NCBI GenBank assembly: GCA_037439965.1 | Contig: JBBIVB010000001.1 | Coordinates: 31,895-95,894 of the forward strand | Direction of reading: 5' to 3' | Source: Candidatus Veblenbacteria bacterium | GTDB lineage: Bacteria; Patescibacteriota; Patescibacteriia; Veblenbacterales; UBA10138 | Length of the DNA stretch: 64,000 nt | Shown: piece by piece, positions 28,029 to 38,522 of the stretch | Position numbering within the stretch: the stretch's first letter is position 1 | Layout of the letters: the number at the start of each line of letters is the position of its first letter | Made by a program: the position numbers and the translations under genes | The notes under the pieces: generated by a model | The model's input: the letters and a program-made list of their open reading frames with translations, nothing else | Told to the model about the DNA's origin: nothing | The model's database searches: none

Positions 28029-29228
28029 ATGCACTCTGATTGGAAAATATTGCTTATAGTCTTAAGTCTCTCTTTTTTAATTGGAGGGTGGGGGATAGCC
28101 GCTACTCCAATAGAAGAACTGAACAATAAAATTCAGCAAGAAAAACAAAAACTAGAAGAAACGCAAAAGAAAATTGAGGAATATCAGCAACAGATTGCCG
28201 TCAAACAAGCTGAAGTTAATTCTCTAAAAAAACAGTTAAATGTCTTGGATGATAAAATCTCCCAAGCTGAACTTGATTTAAAAGCTAACGAGCTCAATCT
28301 TAATACTATTAGTTTAGAAATTCAAAGTATCACTTTAGAAATCAAAAATAAGGATGCTCAAATCAATGTGACTAAAGATAAAATAGCTGAAGTTTTACGT
28401 CAGTTATATTTAGCTGACCAAAAAAATTTATTAGAAATTCTCCTGCTCCATGAAAGATTAGGAGACTTTTTTGACCAGTTAAATTATTTGCAGGAATTAC
28501 AAAATACTTTGCAATCTAATGTAGATTATTTACAAAAATTAAAAGTTGAATTAGAAAATCAACAGCAGAATTTATCTAATAAAAAAATAAAATTATTGGA
28601 TATTAAAAAATCATTGGAGATTTCCCAATCTCTATTAACCGCTACTAAGGAGGAAAAAACTTATTTAATTCAACAAACCAAACAATCAGAAAATCGCTAT
28701 CAATTATTATTAGCTCAAGCTATCTCTGAACAAGAATCTGCTAATCTTGATATTCAACGAATGGAATCAGAATTAAGACAAAAAATAGCTAATGAAAAAG
28801 AATATACTCAATTATCCGATGCTAATTTTATTTGGCCCATTAATCCAGCTTTGGGTATCACCGCTTATTTTCATGATCCAGATTATCCTTTTAGAAAATA
28901 CTTTGAACATCCAGCTATAGATATCAGGGCTAAACAAGGTACACCAATTAAAGCTGCTGCTTCGGGTTACGTAGGAAGAGCTAAAGATGCAGGCTATGGT
29001 TATAGTTATATTATGTTAATTCATGGCAATAATTTTTCTACTGTTTACGGTCATGTTTCAAAAATAAATGTTTCCGAAGGAGATTTTGTAACCAAAGGAC
29101 AAATTATTGGTTTAAGTGGTGGGTTACCCGGCACTCCTGGCGCGGGCAGATTAACCACTGGAGCTCATTTACACTTTGAATTACGTTATAATGGTTTGCC
29201 TATTGACCCTTTGGAATATCTACCATAA
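28029..29228 (+). CDS. Coiled-coil M23 peptidase (EnvC/PcsB-like)
   Basis: Signal peptide, long coiled coil, HPAID, YGH, HLHFE. Confidence 0.9.
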   Translation: MHSDWKILLIVLSLSFLIGGWGIAATPIEELNNKIQQEKQKLEETQKKIEEYQQQIAVKQAEVNSLKKQLNVLDDKISQAELDLKANELNLNTISLEIQSITLEIKNKDAQINVTKDKIAEVLRQLYLADQKNLLEILLLHERLGDFFDQLNYLQELQNTLQSNVDYLQKLKVELENQQQNLSNKKIKLLDIKKSLEISQSLLTATKEEKTYLIQQTKQSENRYQLLLAQAISEQESANLDIQRMESELRQKIANEKEYTQLSDANFIWPINPALGITAYFHDPDYPFRKYFEHPAIDIRAKQGTPIKAAASGYVGRAKDAGYGYSYIMLIHGNNFSTVYGHVSKINVSEGDFVTKGQIIGLSGGLPGTPGAGRLTTGAHLHFELRYNGLPIDPLEYLP

Positions 29229-29778
29229 TAGGGGAGATGTAATGTAAGATAATAACGCGGATTGTTAAAACAGCGATAAAAAGTATATTAATTTATTATC
29301 AGACAAAAAATAATTTAGCATATTTTTGCTATCAAACTGTCCTAAAAATATACCTCTTTGATAAAATGGGAGAGGTTTAAAATTTGAATAATCTTTAATA
29401 TTAAGCGTCGCACAATAAATCTTATACGAAGCATAAGATATGCTATAGTAATCTAAAACTATAAAAGAGTGAAATGCTAGAATTCAGCACATTATTTTTA
29501 TCTTTAGCCTTCTTTTTCAAGAGTTCACGGCGTTTTATATCGTTTCCATAATTAAAAGTAAATACTTAAAAATTATACCTAGCTAGTATTATTATCCAAG
29601 ACCTACTATTAAGCGAAGTTAACTATTATTAGATGATTCATCTTTTGATGATTCGTTTTTGCTTTTATCATATATTGTTGTTGGTTTTATCTTAATAAAA
29701 ATTGATTCATATCGATTTGATCAAATTAATAAAATTTAGTTAATTATATTTAATTTTCAGTTAAGTGTCGTAAAATAT

Positions 29779-30630
29779 TTATTTGAGCTTAATATATGCT
29801 TTGCCAAATCTAACATCAATATAATCAATCTTGTTTCTATCATCTTTATATTTCTGCTCTATAATCTGCTTTAATAAATTAGCTTGTTCATAAACATCAG
29901 TAACGCTAGAAATATAAACCAGCCACCCCTCACTTGTTTTAATATACAAAGTAGGCCAATCTGCTTCTTTAATATCTACATATTCTATACCTCCCGGAAT
30001 TTTTAATTGCTCCCAGTCAAATAAAAATTTTTCCAAAAAATCAATTATTTGTTTAGATGTTACCTGACTGCCAACATTAACAACTTCTATACTACTCTTA
30101 AACAAAGGTAAATCTGGTTCTTGGGTTCTATCAGCAATACTATCTATCACCACTCCCCTCTTATCTAATAGATATAACCCGCTTCCTGCCTGCCAAACAG
30201 CTATTACCGGATTTTCTTTTACCTGCACTCGCAACACACCAGGCCAAGAGCGGAAGAAATTAATTTCTGAAACATACATTTTTTGGGCAATATACTCTTG
30301 GCATGCTTTATGGCTAAAAACTAGTAAATTATTTTGCGGTAGAATATAAAATTTAGGCTGGGCTATACATTCCCACACTAATTGCTCAATTCTATTATTA
30401 ATCAAGCGTGAACTAGTAGCTGAAAGAATTACATTGCGTATTTTAAATAATGGCGAATAAAGTAATAAAGCAATAATTATTAGTAGAGATAATAAAATTG
30501 CTCGCTTAAACCAAACAGTTTTTGGATTAGCTTGTGACACATTATAACTTCTAGCTAATTCAAAGGAAGTGACCGGTAAACGATAAGTTTTTTTAGCAAA
30601 CCGTTTATTAATAATTCTCCGACGTGCCAT
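29779..30630 (-). CDS. ftsQ: Cell division protein FtsQ/DivIB
   Basis: TM, YSPLFKIRNV POTRA region, WPGVLRVQVKE, YIDVRFG. Confidence 0.8.
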   Translation of the reverse strand: MARRRIINKRFAKKTYRLPVTSFELARSYNVSQANPKTVWFKRAILLSLLIIIALLLYSPLFKIRNVILSATSSRLINNRIEQLVWECIAQPKFYILPQNNLLVFSHKACQEYIAQKMYVSEINFFRSWPGVLRVQVKENPVIAVWQAGSGLYLLDKRGVVIDSIADRTQEPDLPLFKSSIEVVNVGSQVTSKQIIDFLEKFLFDWEQLKIPGGIEYVDIKEADWPTLYIKTSEGWLVYISSVTDVYEQANLLKQIIEQKYKDDRNKIDYIDVRFGKAYIKLK

Positions 30631-30633
30631 ATA

Positions 30634-31752
30634 TTATTTATACCATTTCTCTTTTGGTTGATAAGAAGTATGCAGCTTAGATTTCTCCTGAAATCTTTCT
30701 AAAGCTAATTTAATTAATACCTCTAGTAATTTAGAGTAAGGTAATCCTGAGGCTTGCCATAATTTTGGATACATACTAATAGAAGTAAAACCAGGAATGG
30801 TATTAACTTCATTAATATAAATCCGCCAAGGATTTTTTTGCACCAAAAAATCAACTCGCGCCATACCAGATAAATCAAGTGCTTTAAATGCTTGTACCGC
30901 TAATTGGCGTACGCGTAACATTATTTTTTTAGGTAAAGGCGCAGGAATTATAGTTTTAGATTTACCATCAACATATTTAGCATCATAATCATAAAATTCT
31001 CCCGACGGCATTATTTGACCAGCGATTGATGCTTTAGGTTTATCATTACCTAAAACAGCGCATTCTATCTCCATCGCTCGCTCAATACTTTTTTCTATAA
31101 TTAGCCGTCGATCATATTTAAAAGCTAATCTAATAGCAGGTTTTAATTGTTTTTTATTATAAACCTTGCTAATTCCGACCGAAGATCCTAAATTCGCCGG
31201 TTTAACAAAACAAGGAAAATTAATTATTTTCAATACTTTACTTATTATTTTTTTATTGTTTTTATCAAGTGTCGTAAAATATATAAATTTGGGAGTAGGA
31301 ATTTGACAAGCGTTAAAAATTTCTTTTTGAATAATTTTATCCATTCCTACTACCGAACCTAAAACTCCAGTACCGACATAAGGAATACTGGCTAATTCCA
31401 ATAACCCCTGCACTGTACCATCTTCACCAAAAGTTCCATGGAGTACAGAAAAAATAACATCTACTTTACTATTAATTTGGCTGAGTGATTTTAATGTCCT
31501 GGCTCCCCTCTTCCAAGGTTCAGGAACTAAAAAACCACGCAAGTTTTTGGTAATAACTTTTCCATTTTTTAAGTAATCTAAAGATTTGCTGCCAATTATC
31601 CATTCACCAGATTTGGCAACGCCTATAGGCACTACCTGATATTTTTTCCTATCTAAATTTTTTATAACCGATGCCGCCGACACTAACGAAACCTCATGTT
31701 CTACCGACCGTCCGCCAAATAAAACTCCAACTCTTAATTTTCTTTTAGACAT
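30634..31752 (-). CDS. ddl: D-alanine--D-alanine ligase
   Basis: [43 protein letters not shown]. Confidence 0.97.
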   Translation of the reverse strand: MSKRKLRVGVLFGGRSVEHEVSLVSAASVIKNLDRKKYQVVPIGVAKSGEWIIGSKSLDYLKNGKVITKNLRGFLVPEPWKRGARTLKSLSQINSKVDVIFSVLHGTFGEDGTVQGLLELASIPYVGTGVLGSVVGMDKIIQKEIFNACQIPTPKFIYFTTLDKNNKKIISKVLKIINFPCFVKPANLGSSVGISKVYNKKQLKPAIRLAFKYDRRLIIEKSIERAMEIECAVLGNDKPKASIAGQIMPSGEFYDYDAKYVDGKSKTIIPAPLPKKIMLRVRQLAVQAFKALDLSGMARVDFLVQKNPWRIYINEVNTIPGFTSISMYPKLWQASGLPYSKLLEVLIKLALERFQEKSKLHTSYQPKEKWYK

Positions 31753-32009
31753 AAAAACTTTTACCAATTTATTGTATCAAGCTAATTGTTTATTGACAAT
31801 CTTAATTATTTCGTATTAACCTAGCACTAATTGTATAGAGAAAATTCAAAAAAAATAAAAATCAAGTAGTTTAATAATGGAAAAATTTAAAAAATAGTTC
31901 ATTGGTTGATCATTATAATTGGTCCACTTCTCAAATTAATTAAATAAGATGATAAAATTAATATAAAAGAACCATCTTTGTAAGAGATTGTTCTTGTTTA
32001 TAAAAATTA

Positions 32010-33164
32010 TTACACTAGTACTCTCGGTAACTTCGGATTAATTCTGGTGACCACTTCATAATTAATCGTGCCAATTTTTTTGGCTATTTCATCAGCAGTA
32101 ATTTCCTCATTACCTTGTTTCCCAATCAATACCACTTCATCTCCTACTTTTACTTTCTTAACTGCTGTTACATCTATCATAGAAATATTCATACAAATTC
32201 TGCCGATAATAGGGCAACGCTGACCGTGAATTAATACCACACCTTTGTTAGATAATTTTCTATCATATCCTTCCCAATAGCCGACTGGGATGGTTGCCAT
32301 CATGGTTGCTCTTTTGGTTATAAAAGTTCTGGCGTAACCAACTGGTATGCCTTTTGGCAAATTTTGAATTTCTATAATTTTAGTTTTCCAAGTTAAAACC
32401 GGCTTAAGTACAAACCCTGGATGTACTTTTTTTACTAATTGTCGATTCTCTGCTGATGGCCATAAACCATATAAACCAATGCCTAAGCGTGCTAAATTTA
32501 AGTGTGATTTAGGAACACTAGTTATAGCAGCAGTACAAGCAATGTGTTGAATAATATTAGATGGAATATCAGTTTGATTAGTTTTAATAAATCTTTTAAA
32601 ATTAACCAGCTGTTTTTTTAAAAAAGTTTTATCCTGATCTTCGGCAGTAGCAAAATGCGAGACAATACCTTCTAGCTTTAAACATGACGATTTAACTATC
32701 TGCTGCAACAAATCTTTAGCTTGTTTAGGAAAAAGCCCTAATCTGGCCATACCAGTTTCCAGCTTGAGATGTACTAAAGCTGGGCTTCCTGCTATTCTAG
32801 AAGCCTTTTCTAAGGCCTTAATTTGCCCTATTTCATAGACCATAAACGATATATGGCTCTTGATAGCTTTAGCTAAAATAGACGCATTATAGGGCAAATA
32901 ATGGCTTAATATTAAAATTGGTAATTTTTTGGCTAATCTTCGCAATTTTAATGCCTCTTCTAAATAAGCCACTCCCAACCAATCAATTTTGCTAGATTCT
33001 TCACATATTTTGGCCACTAATTCCATACCATGACCATAGGCGTTGGATTTAATAACAGCCATTAATTTTGTTTTTTTAGATAACAAACGACAGTGAGTGT
33101 TAATATTATATAGCAACGCTCTTTTGGAAATTTCCAACCAAGAATAAATGGCAAATGTCTGCAT
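32010..33164 (-). CDS. alr: Alanine racemase
   Basis: AVIKSNAYGHG, ETGMARLG, SHFA, GRICMN, GTINYEV. Confidence 0.96.
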   Translation of the reverse strand: MQTFAIYSWLEISKRALLYNINTHCRLLSKKTKLMAVIKSNAYGHGMELVAKICEESSKIDWLGVAYLEEALKLRRLAKKLPILILSHYLPYNASILAKAIKSHISFMVYEIGQIKALEKASRIAGSPALVHLKLETGMARLGLFPKQAKDLLQQIVKSSCLKLEGIVSHFATAEDQDKTFLKKQLVNFKRFIKTNQTDIPSNIIQHIACTAAITSVPKSHLNLARLGIGLYGLWPSAENRQLVKKVHPGFVLKPVLTWKTKIIEIQNLPKGIPVGYARTFITKRATMMATIPVGYWEGYDRKLSNKGVVLIHGQRCPIIGRICMNISMIDVTAVKKVKVGDEVVLIGKQGNEEITADEIAKKIGTINYEVVTRINPKLPRVLV

Positions 33165-33167
33165 GTT

Positions 33168-34403
33168 TTAAGCCTTTCCAATTATTACCTTCTTACCATT
33201 CATATAAGGCTGCAGCACTTCGGGAATTTTAATTGTACCATCAGCTTGCTGATAATTTTCTAAAATTGCCAGTATAGTACGACCCATAGCAAACGCCGTT
33301 CCATTTAACATATGCACCAATTCATTTTTACCACTAATAGTTCTATATTTTATATTCAAACGACGGGACTGAAAATCAGTGGTGGTAGAACAAGAATGAG
33401 TCTCACGATATTTACCCTCACTCGGTATCCAGGTTTCAATATCATATTTTCTAGCTGCTGGATCGCCCAAATCTGCTGTACACATTTTAATTACTTGATA
33501 AGGTAATTTTAATCCTTGCATTAATTTTTCCTCTAAACTTAATATCAACTCGTGTTCTTCATCGGACCTATCTGATGTGCTATATATAACCATTTCTAAT
33601 TTATCAAATTGATGTACTCGTAAAATACCTTTGGTATCTTTACCATAAGAACCAGCTTCACGCCTAAAACAAGTAGAAAAAGCTACATAACGAAGGGGTA
33701 AATCTTCTTCACGGAACACTTCGTTCATATGCATCGGACCCACTGATTGTTCAGCAGTGCCAACAAAATACTGCTTATCTTTTTCTAAATAGTAAGTTTC
33801 ATCCTCGCCACCATGCTCTAAATATCCCATAGCACGCATCGATTTTTCATTAATAATAACTGGGGGTAATACTGGTATAAAACCGTTTTTTACTAAAAAA
33901 TCAAAACCATATTTTAACAATGCAAGCTGTAATAATACAGCATCATTTTTTAAATAACCAAAACGCGAACCAGAAACTTTAGCCGCTCGCTCAATATCAA
34001 TTAAATCATGAAGTTTAGCAAGTTCCATATAACTCCTGGGTTTAAAATCAAACTTTGGTAGTTTGCCAACTTGTCTTAAAACTTCATTGTCTGATTCATC
34101 TTTACCAATTTTAACATCAGGCTTTGGCATGTTAGGAATTTCTAAAACCAAAGTTTCCAGTTTTTCAGCTACTGACTTTAATTCATTTTCTTTAGACTTT
34201 AATTCTTCTTTTTGTTTCCGAGCCATTTCCCTATCCTCGCTCTTTTGGTGCCGACCTTGGCGTAAAGAATCCACTTCGGTTTGCAAAGCCCGACGTTTCT
34301 CATCTAATTCTAAAATAGCTTTAATGTCAACTTTACGGCCCTTGTCCCTAGCGCCTTTTTCTACTTCTTTAGGATTTTCACGAATTAATTTTATGTCGAT
34401 CAT
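33168..34403 (-). CDS. serS: Serine--tRNA ligase
   Basis: MIDIKLIRENP, GTAE, FRREAGSYGKDTKGILRVHQF, LNGTA. Confidence 0.98.
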   Translation of the reverse strand: MIDIKLIRENPKEVEKGARDKGRKVDIKAILELDEKRRALQTEVDSLRQGRHQKSEDREMARKQKEELKSKENELKSVAEKLETLVLEIPNMPKPDVKIGKDESDNEVLRQVGKLPKFDFKPRSYMELAKLHDLIDIERAAKVSGSRFGYLKNDAVLLQLALLKYGFDFLVKNGFIPVLPPVIINEKSMRAMGYLEHGGEDETYYLEKDKQYFVGTAEQSVGPMHMNEVFREEDLPLRYVAFSTCFRREAGSYGKDTKGILRVHQFDKLEMVIYSTSDRSDEEHELILSLEEKLMQGLKLPYQVIKMCTADLGDPAARKYDIETWIPSEGKYRETHSCSTTTDFQSRRLNIKYRTISGKNELVHMLNGTAFAMGRTILAILENYQQADGTIKIPEVLQPYMNGKKVIIGKA

Positions 34404-34406
34404 AAA

Positions 34407-34826
34407 TTAACGATGCTGAAAAAACTTAATTATATTGATAATTTCTTTAATTAATAACAAAATTGCCAAAATTAAAAATATAAATAGTCCCCATGATTCT
34501 CCAGTATGTGCAAATCTCTTAAAAAGAAAATAAGAATATTCATCAAAAATAATTACTGTCAATATATAAACGATACTTCCATAAAAAAATATGTGATCAA
34601 TTAAGTATATCTGTTTATTTGAATTATTATCCAACAATTTATACAGCCCAAAAAGTTTAAATGACAAAATTGATATCAGACCAACAAATAGGGGGGCTAA
34701 AAGAAGAGGATAAAGAATTGCATCCAAACCTACTTCATTTTTAGATTCAATAAAAATTCTAATAAAGACTACGACTAATAAACAATAAAGTATGCTATAA
34801 ATAACAAGTTTAAATCTGCGCCACAT
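34407..34826 (-). CDS. Hypothetical 4-TM membrane protein
   Basis: Four hydrophobic segments; overlaps the stop of the upstream gene. Confidence 0.6.
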   Translation of the reverse strand: MWRRFKLVIYSILYCLLVVVFIRIFIESKNEVGLDAILYPLLLAPLFVGLISILSFKLFGLYKLLDNNSNKQIYLIDHIFFYGSIVYILTVIIFDEYSYFLFKRFAHTGESWGLFIFLILAILLLIKEIINIIKFFQHR

Positions 34827-35442
34827 ATTTCTCTAATTTCTTAAGATAAGGTTCAAGTTTTATTATAGCGTTTTTACGGTGATTTAGGTAGTCATCATAA
34901 TTTTTTGTGTCTTTTTGTACTTCCGCTGCTACCTTGCCTAATTTAGGTAAATAAAAAATAGAGCGAAAAGGAAATCTGGGGATTAAAATATCGCTAGGTT
35001 TTAGAGTTATAAAACCATCAACAGAAAATTTGGCGATATGTAACTCGTCAGGCGAAATCATCAAGGCCACTGCCGCGGTCATATGAGCGGTTCTCTTTTC
35101 TTCCGGCACGCCTTCCAACCGCCTTAAAGCCTCGTTAATCAACTCCTGATCAGTCGCTTCTGGTTTATCTGGACCAAAGATGCGCCTAGAATAAACTCCC
35201 GGCCAACCATTTAAAACATCAATTTCTAAACCTCCATCATCAGCCAAAACTGGAAGACTAATAAGTTTAGCATAATGACGCACTTTTAATTCAGCATTTT
35301 CTTCAAAAGTTTTACCAGTTTCTTCTATGGATGGTAAATTTAAATCGGCTAAAGATAATAATTCTAAATTATATCGCGCTAAAATTCTTTTAAAATCATT
35401 GAACTTCGCTTGGTTTCTAGTGGCAATTAGCAATTTATTCAT
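34810..35442 (-). CDS. rdgB: Non-canonical purine NTP pyrophosphatase (Ham1/RdgB family)
   Basis: IATRNQAK, EETGKTFEENA, ADDGGLEIDVLNGWPGVYSRR, NHR. Confidence 0.88.
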   Translation of the reverse strand: MNKLLIATRNQAKFNDFKRILARYNLELLSLADLNLPSIEETGKTFEENAELKVRHYAKLISLPVLADDGGLEIDVLNGWPGVYSRRIFGPDKPEATDQELINEALRRLEGVPEEKRTAHMTAAVALMISPDELHIAKFSVDGFITLKPSDILIPRFPFRSIFYLPKLGKVAAEVQKDTKNYDDYLNHRKNAIIKLEPYLKKLEKYVAQI

Positions 35443-35500
35443 ATAATATTAACTATTCCACCCTTCGTACGAATTAGGCCAAGATCTATATGTATATATT

Positions 35501-36055
35501 CTATAGTCCTAAGCTAAGGGCAATTTCCTGCATCGCTTTAAGTTCTATCTCTATTAATTGATCAAGAGTTAATCCAATCATTTCTTCGCATTTGGAAATA
35601 ATTTCCCTATTTACTCCGGCGGCAAAAGATTTATCTTTAAATTTCTTTTTAACTGACGATGTTTTAACACTGGCTAATTTTTTATCCGGCTGTACAAAAG
35701 CACAAGCCACTATCAAGCCAGTTAATTCTTCCGCGCACCACAGGGCTTTTTCTAAAAGGGTTTTTGGCTCTATTCCGTGCATATGATTATGCACCCTCAC
35801 CGCCTCTACAATTTCAGGTTGAAAACCAGCTTGTTTTAGCCATTCCGCGCCAATTAATGAATGTTGCTCTGGTGTGGATTCTGTTTGTTCCCAATCAATA
35901 TCATGCACCAAGCCGGTTATTCCCCACACTTCTTCATCTTCACCAAAATGCCGCGCCAGTGCAGCCATAATCGCTTCTGACGCCAAAAGATGCTTCAAAG
36001 TAAAATCTTTGTGTACTTTTTCTTGAACTAATTTCCAAGCTTCCTCGCGGGTCAT
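35501..36055 (-). CDS. HDIG/HD-superfamily hydrolase
   Basis: MTREEA, KH, GLVHDID, ELTGLI, KDKSFAAGVNR. Confidence 0.9.
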   Translation of the reverse strand: MTREEAWKLVQEKVHKDFTLKHLLASEAIMAALARHFGEDEEVWGITGLVHDIDWEQTESTPEQHSLIGAEWLKQAGFQPEIVEAVRVHNHMHGIEPKTLLEKALWCAEELTGLIVACAFVQPDKKLASVKTSSVKKKFKDKSFAAGVNREIISKCEEMIGLTLDQLIEIELKAMQEIALSLGL

Positions 36056-36441
36056 ACTATATTTTTCTTTGGCTGGACGCGTTTAGTTATCAAAATAATC
36101 AAATACGCAATAAGGGCAGCTAATAATAAATCAATCGATGCTGATTGGAAATCATATTTAGTTGTATTTTCACTACTTAATCTAGATTTTGTTAAATAAG
36201 TAAGTGGAAACCTATAAGTATAATTTTCTTGAAAAAATGGTTCTATTGATTGGTAAGATAATAAATTTGAAGAATCTATACTTGGCTCTACATAATAAAA
36301 ACGTATACCTATAAATTCCACTTCATAACCAGGCGACGAACAATACTGAGTATTAAAACAACCCTCTCCAGTTCTAATACCACCAAAAATAATTAATAAA
36401 ACAACAAAACTAATAATATATACGACTAAATTCTTTTTCAT
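36052..36441 (-). CDS. Hypothetical 2-TM protein with Cys-containing loop (cassette B)
   Basis: N- and C-terminal TM helices; ATGA overlap with the HDIG start. Confidence 0.65.
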   Translation of the reverse strand: MKKNLVVYIISFVVLLIIFGGIRTGEGCFNTQYCSSPGYEVEFIGIRFYYVEPSIDSSNLLSYQSIEPFFQENYTYRFPLTYLTKSRLSSENTTKYDFQSASIDLLLAALIAYLIILITKRVQPKKNIV

Positions 36442-36466
36442 ATAATAAAATTAATTTTTAAAATTT

Positions 36467-36528
36467 TTCAAAGTAAAATCTCTATGTACTTTTTCCTGAA
36501 CCAATTGTCAAACCTGATCGCGAGTCAT
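36467..36528 (-). repeat. Degenerate copy of the first 62 bp of the HDIG gene (35994-36055)
   Basis: 51/62 nt identical by manual alignment; reads MTRDQV*QLVQEKVHRDFTLK vs MTREEAWKLVQEKVHKDFTLK. Confidence 0.9.
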
Positions 36529-36960
36529 GGTGTATTTTCTTCGAATTGTGTCTGAATATAATCCATGAAATAAATAATGAAAGTAATGCTACTACTATTA
36601 GATTGCCCAGCGTTCCTAAAACAGAAAAAGGTTGCCCTAATTCATACTGACCACCTGTTACACTAGGCGCAATAATGATGGTGTGCGTGATATAACCAAA
36701 AGGTATTCCGTAAATATAGTGATCTTCACTACCACCAGCTCCCAAACAGGCCAAACTATTTTCTGGGTAGCTGTGCGTTGGAACAGATGATTTAATATCT
36801 TTAAACAAAGGAAATCCTACAAACGAAAGTTGATAATTAATATATTGAAAACCTTCTTTAATACAATCCGTATCAATACTAGTTTTTCTATATTGCCAGA
36901 ATGAAACTGATAACAAAAATAAAATTATTGTCGAATATACAAAAACTTTTTTATACTCAT
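36482..36960 (-). CDS. Hypothetical 2-TM protein (cassette A), paralog of 36052-36441; probable frameshift near the start
   Basis: ORF 36482-36916; ATG at 36960 joins it if one A is added to an A6 run (MSIKKVFVYSTIILFL). Confidence 0.55.
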
Positions 36961-36965
36961 AAAGA

Positions 36966-38450
36966 CTAAGATTTAATCTTCATTGGTGGGAAGAGGACAG
37001 TTTCCCTTACTGGTTTATCCATAATAAAAGCAAATAATCTTTCACTAAAACCAAAACCAGCGGCCGGTGGCATACCATATTCTAGCGCCGTGATAAAGTC
37101 TTCATCCAACATTTGTGCTTCACTATCCCCTGCTTCTCGCAATTTAGCCTGCTCTTCAAAACGCGCCCTCTGATCAGCCGGATCATTAAGCTCTGAAAAA
37201 CCATTGCCTAACTCAGAGCCTGCCACAATAATCTGCATTCTTTGCACACGTTCAGGATTTTTTGAATCACGTTTAGCCAAAGGCGAAACCTCTACTGGAT
37301 GATTTATTAAAAACAACGGTCCCTGCACTTTTGGCCTAACTAATTTTTTCCAATATAAATCAATTAAACGCCCTAAACCAAAACCAGGCTCATAACGCAC
37401 ATTGTGCTTATCTAAGAGCTTTTTAAGCTCAGTAAGTTTAATAGTTGATAATTCCACCTTTGTAATCTCCTTTATAAGTTCAAAATAATCTTTTTTAGGC
37501 CACTTACCACTCCAATCAATGGTTTTACCTTGGTAGATAGTTTTAAGTCCACCAGTAATTTTTTTGACAATCTCCTGATACATCTTTTGGCAAAAATCCA
37601 TTAGCATATTATAATCAGTATAAGCCCAATAAAATTCACACATATCATAATCCTGTAAGTGTTCAGTATCTATTCCTTCATTACGGAAAACCTTGCCGAT
37701 TTCAAAAATCTTTTCAAAACCGCCAACTAATAATTTTTTTAACGGCAACTCTAAAGAAATGCGTAAATAAAAATCCTGATTTAATTTATCATGATGAGTC
37801 CGAAATGGATTAGCGTCAGCGCCACCAGCTACAGCCTCTAAAGCAGGAGTATCTACTTCCATAAACCCTGCTTTGGTTAAAAATTCTCGTACGCTTTGCC
37901 AAAATAAAGATTTTTTTACAAATAATTCGCGTACCTCGGGATTCATTATTAAATCCAAATAACGTTGACGTAATCTAGTTTCCACATCTTTAAGCCCGTG
38001 ATATTTTTCTGGTAAAGGATGTAAGGCTTTAGCTAATAACTCAATTTGCGAACATAATAAGGTAAGCTCACCTCTTTTGGTTTTAACTAAAATACCAGTT
38101 ACGCCAATAATATCGCCTATATCCAAAAGGTTAGCTAATTGCCAAACTTTATTTTCACAGCTATTCTCGGTAAAAGCAATTTGCATTTTACCAGATTGAT
38201 CTTGAATATGCGCAAAAATTAATTTGCCATGTGCACGCAAAGTCATTAAACGGCCAGCAGTTGATAATTCCTTGCCAGAAATTTTTATATCATCAGTTAA
38301 CTCTGGTAACTTTCCGCCAGAAGCTTTGGCTAATAAATCGGTAATATTAAATTCTTTATTAAAATCAGCTGGATAGCTAGGGCCTAATTTTTTAGCCTGG
38401 GCAAATTTATCCTGCCTACTTTTAATTTCTTCCTGTTCTCTTAAACCCAT
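36966..38450 (-). CDS. lysS: Lysine--tRNA ligase (class II)
   Basis: RQRYLDLI, YLRISLEL, FRNEGID, YGMPP. Confidence 0.98.
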   Translation of the reverse strand: MGLREQEEIKSRQDKFAQAKKLGPSYPADFNKEFNITDLLAKASGGKLPELTDDIKISGKELSTAGRLMTLRAHGKLIFAHIQDQSGKMQIAFTENSCENKVWQLANLLDIGDIIGVTGILVKTKRGELTLLCSQIELLAKALHPLPEKYHGLKDVETRLRQRYLDLIMNPEVRELFVKKSLFWQSVREFLTKAGFMEVDTPALEAVAGGADANPFRTHHDKLNQDFYLRISLELPLKKLLVGGFEKIFEIGKVFRNEGIDTEHLQDYDMCEFYWAYTDYNMLMDFCQKMYQEIVKKITGGLKTIYQGKTIDWSGKWPKKDYFELIKEITKVELSTIKLTELKKLLDKHNVRYEPGFGLGRLIDLYWKKLVRPKVQGPLFLINHPVEVSPLAKRDSKNPERVQRMQIIVAGSELGNGFSELNDPADQRARFEEQAKLREAGDSEAQMLDEDFITALEYGMPPAAGFGFSERLFAFIMDKPVRETVLFPPMKIKS

Positions 38451-38522
38451 AATACCTTTATTTTATGAAATTATGAGTAAAAAGACAACTAAAAACCCAA
38501 GGTGCTGTCCGTGGGTTTTAAA

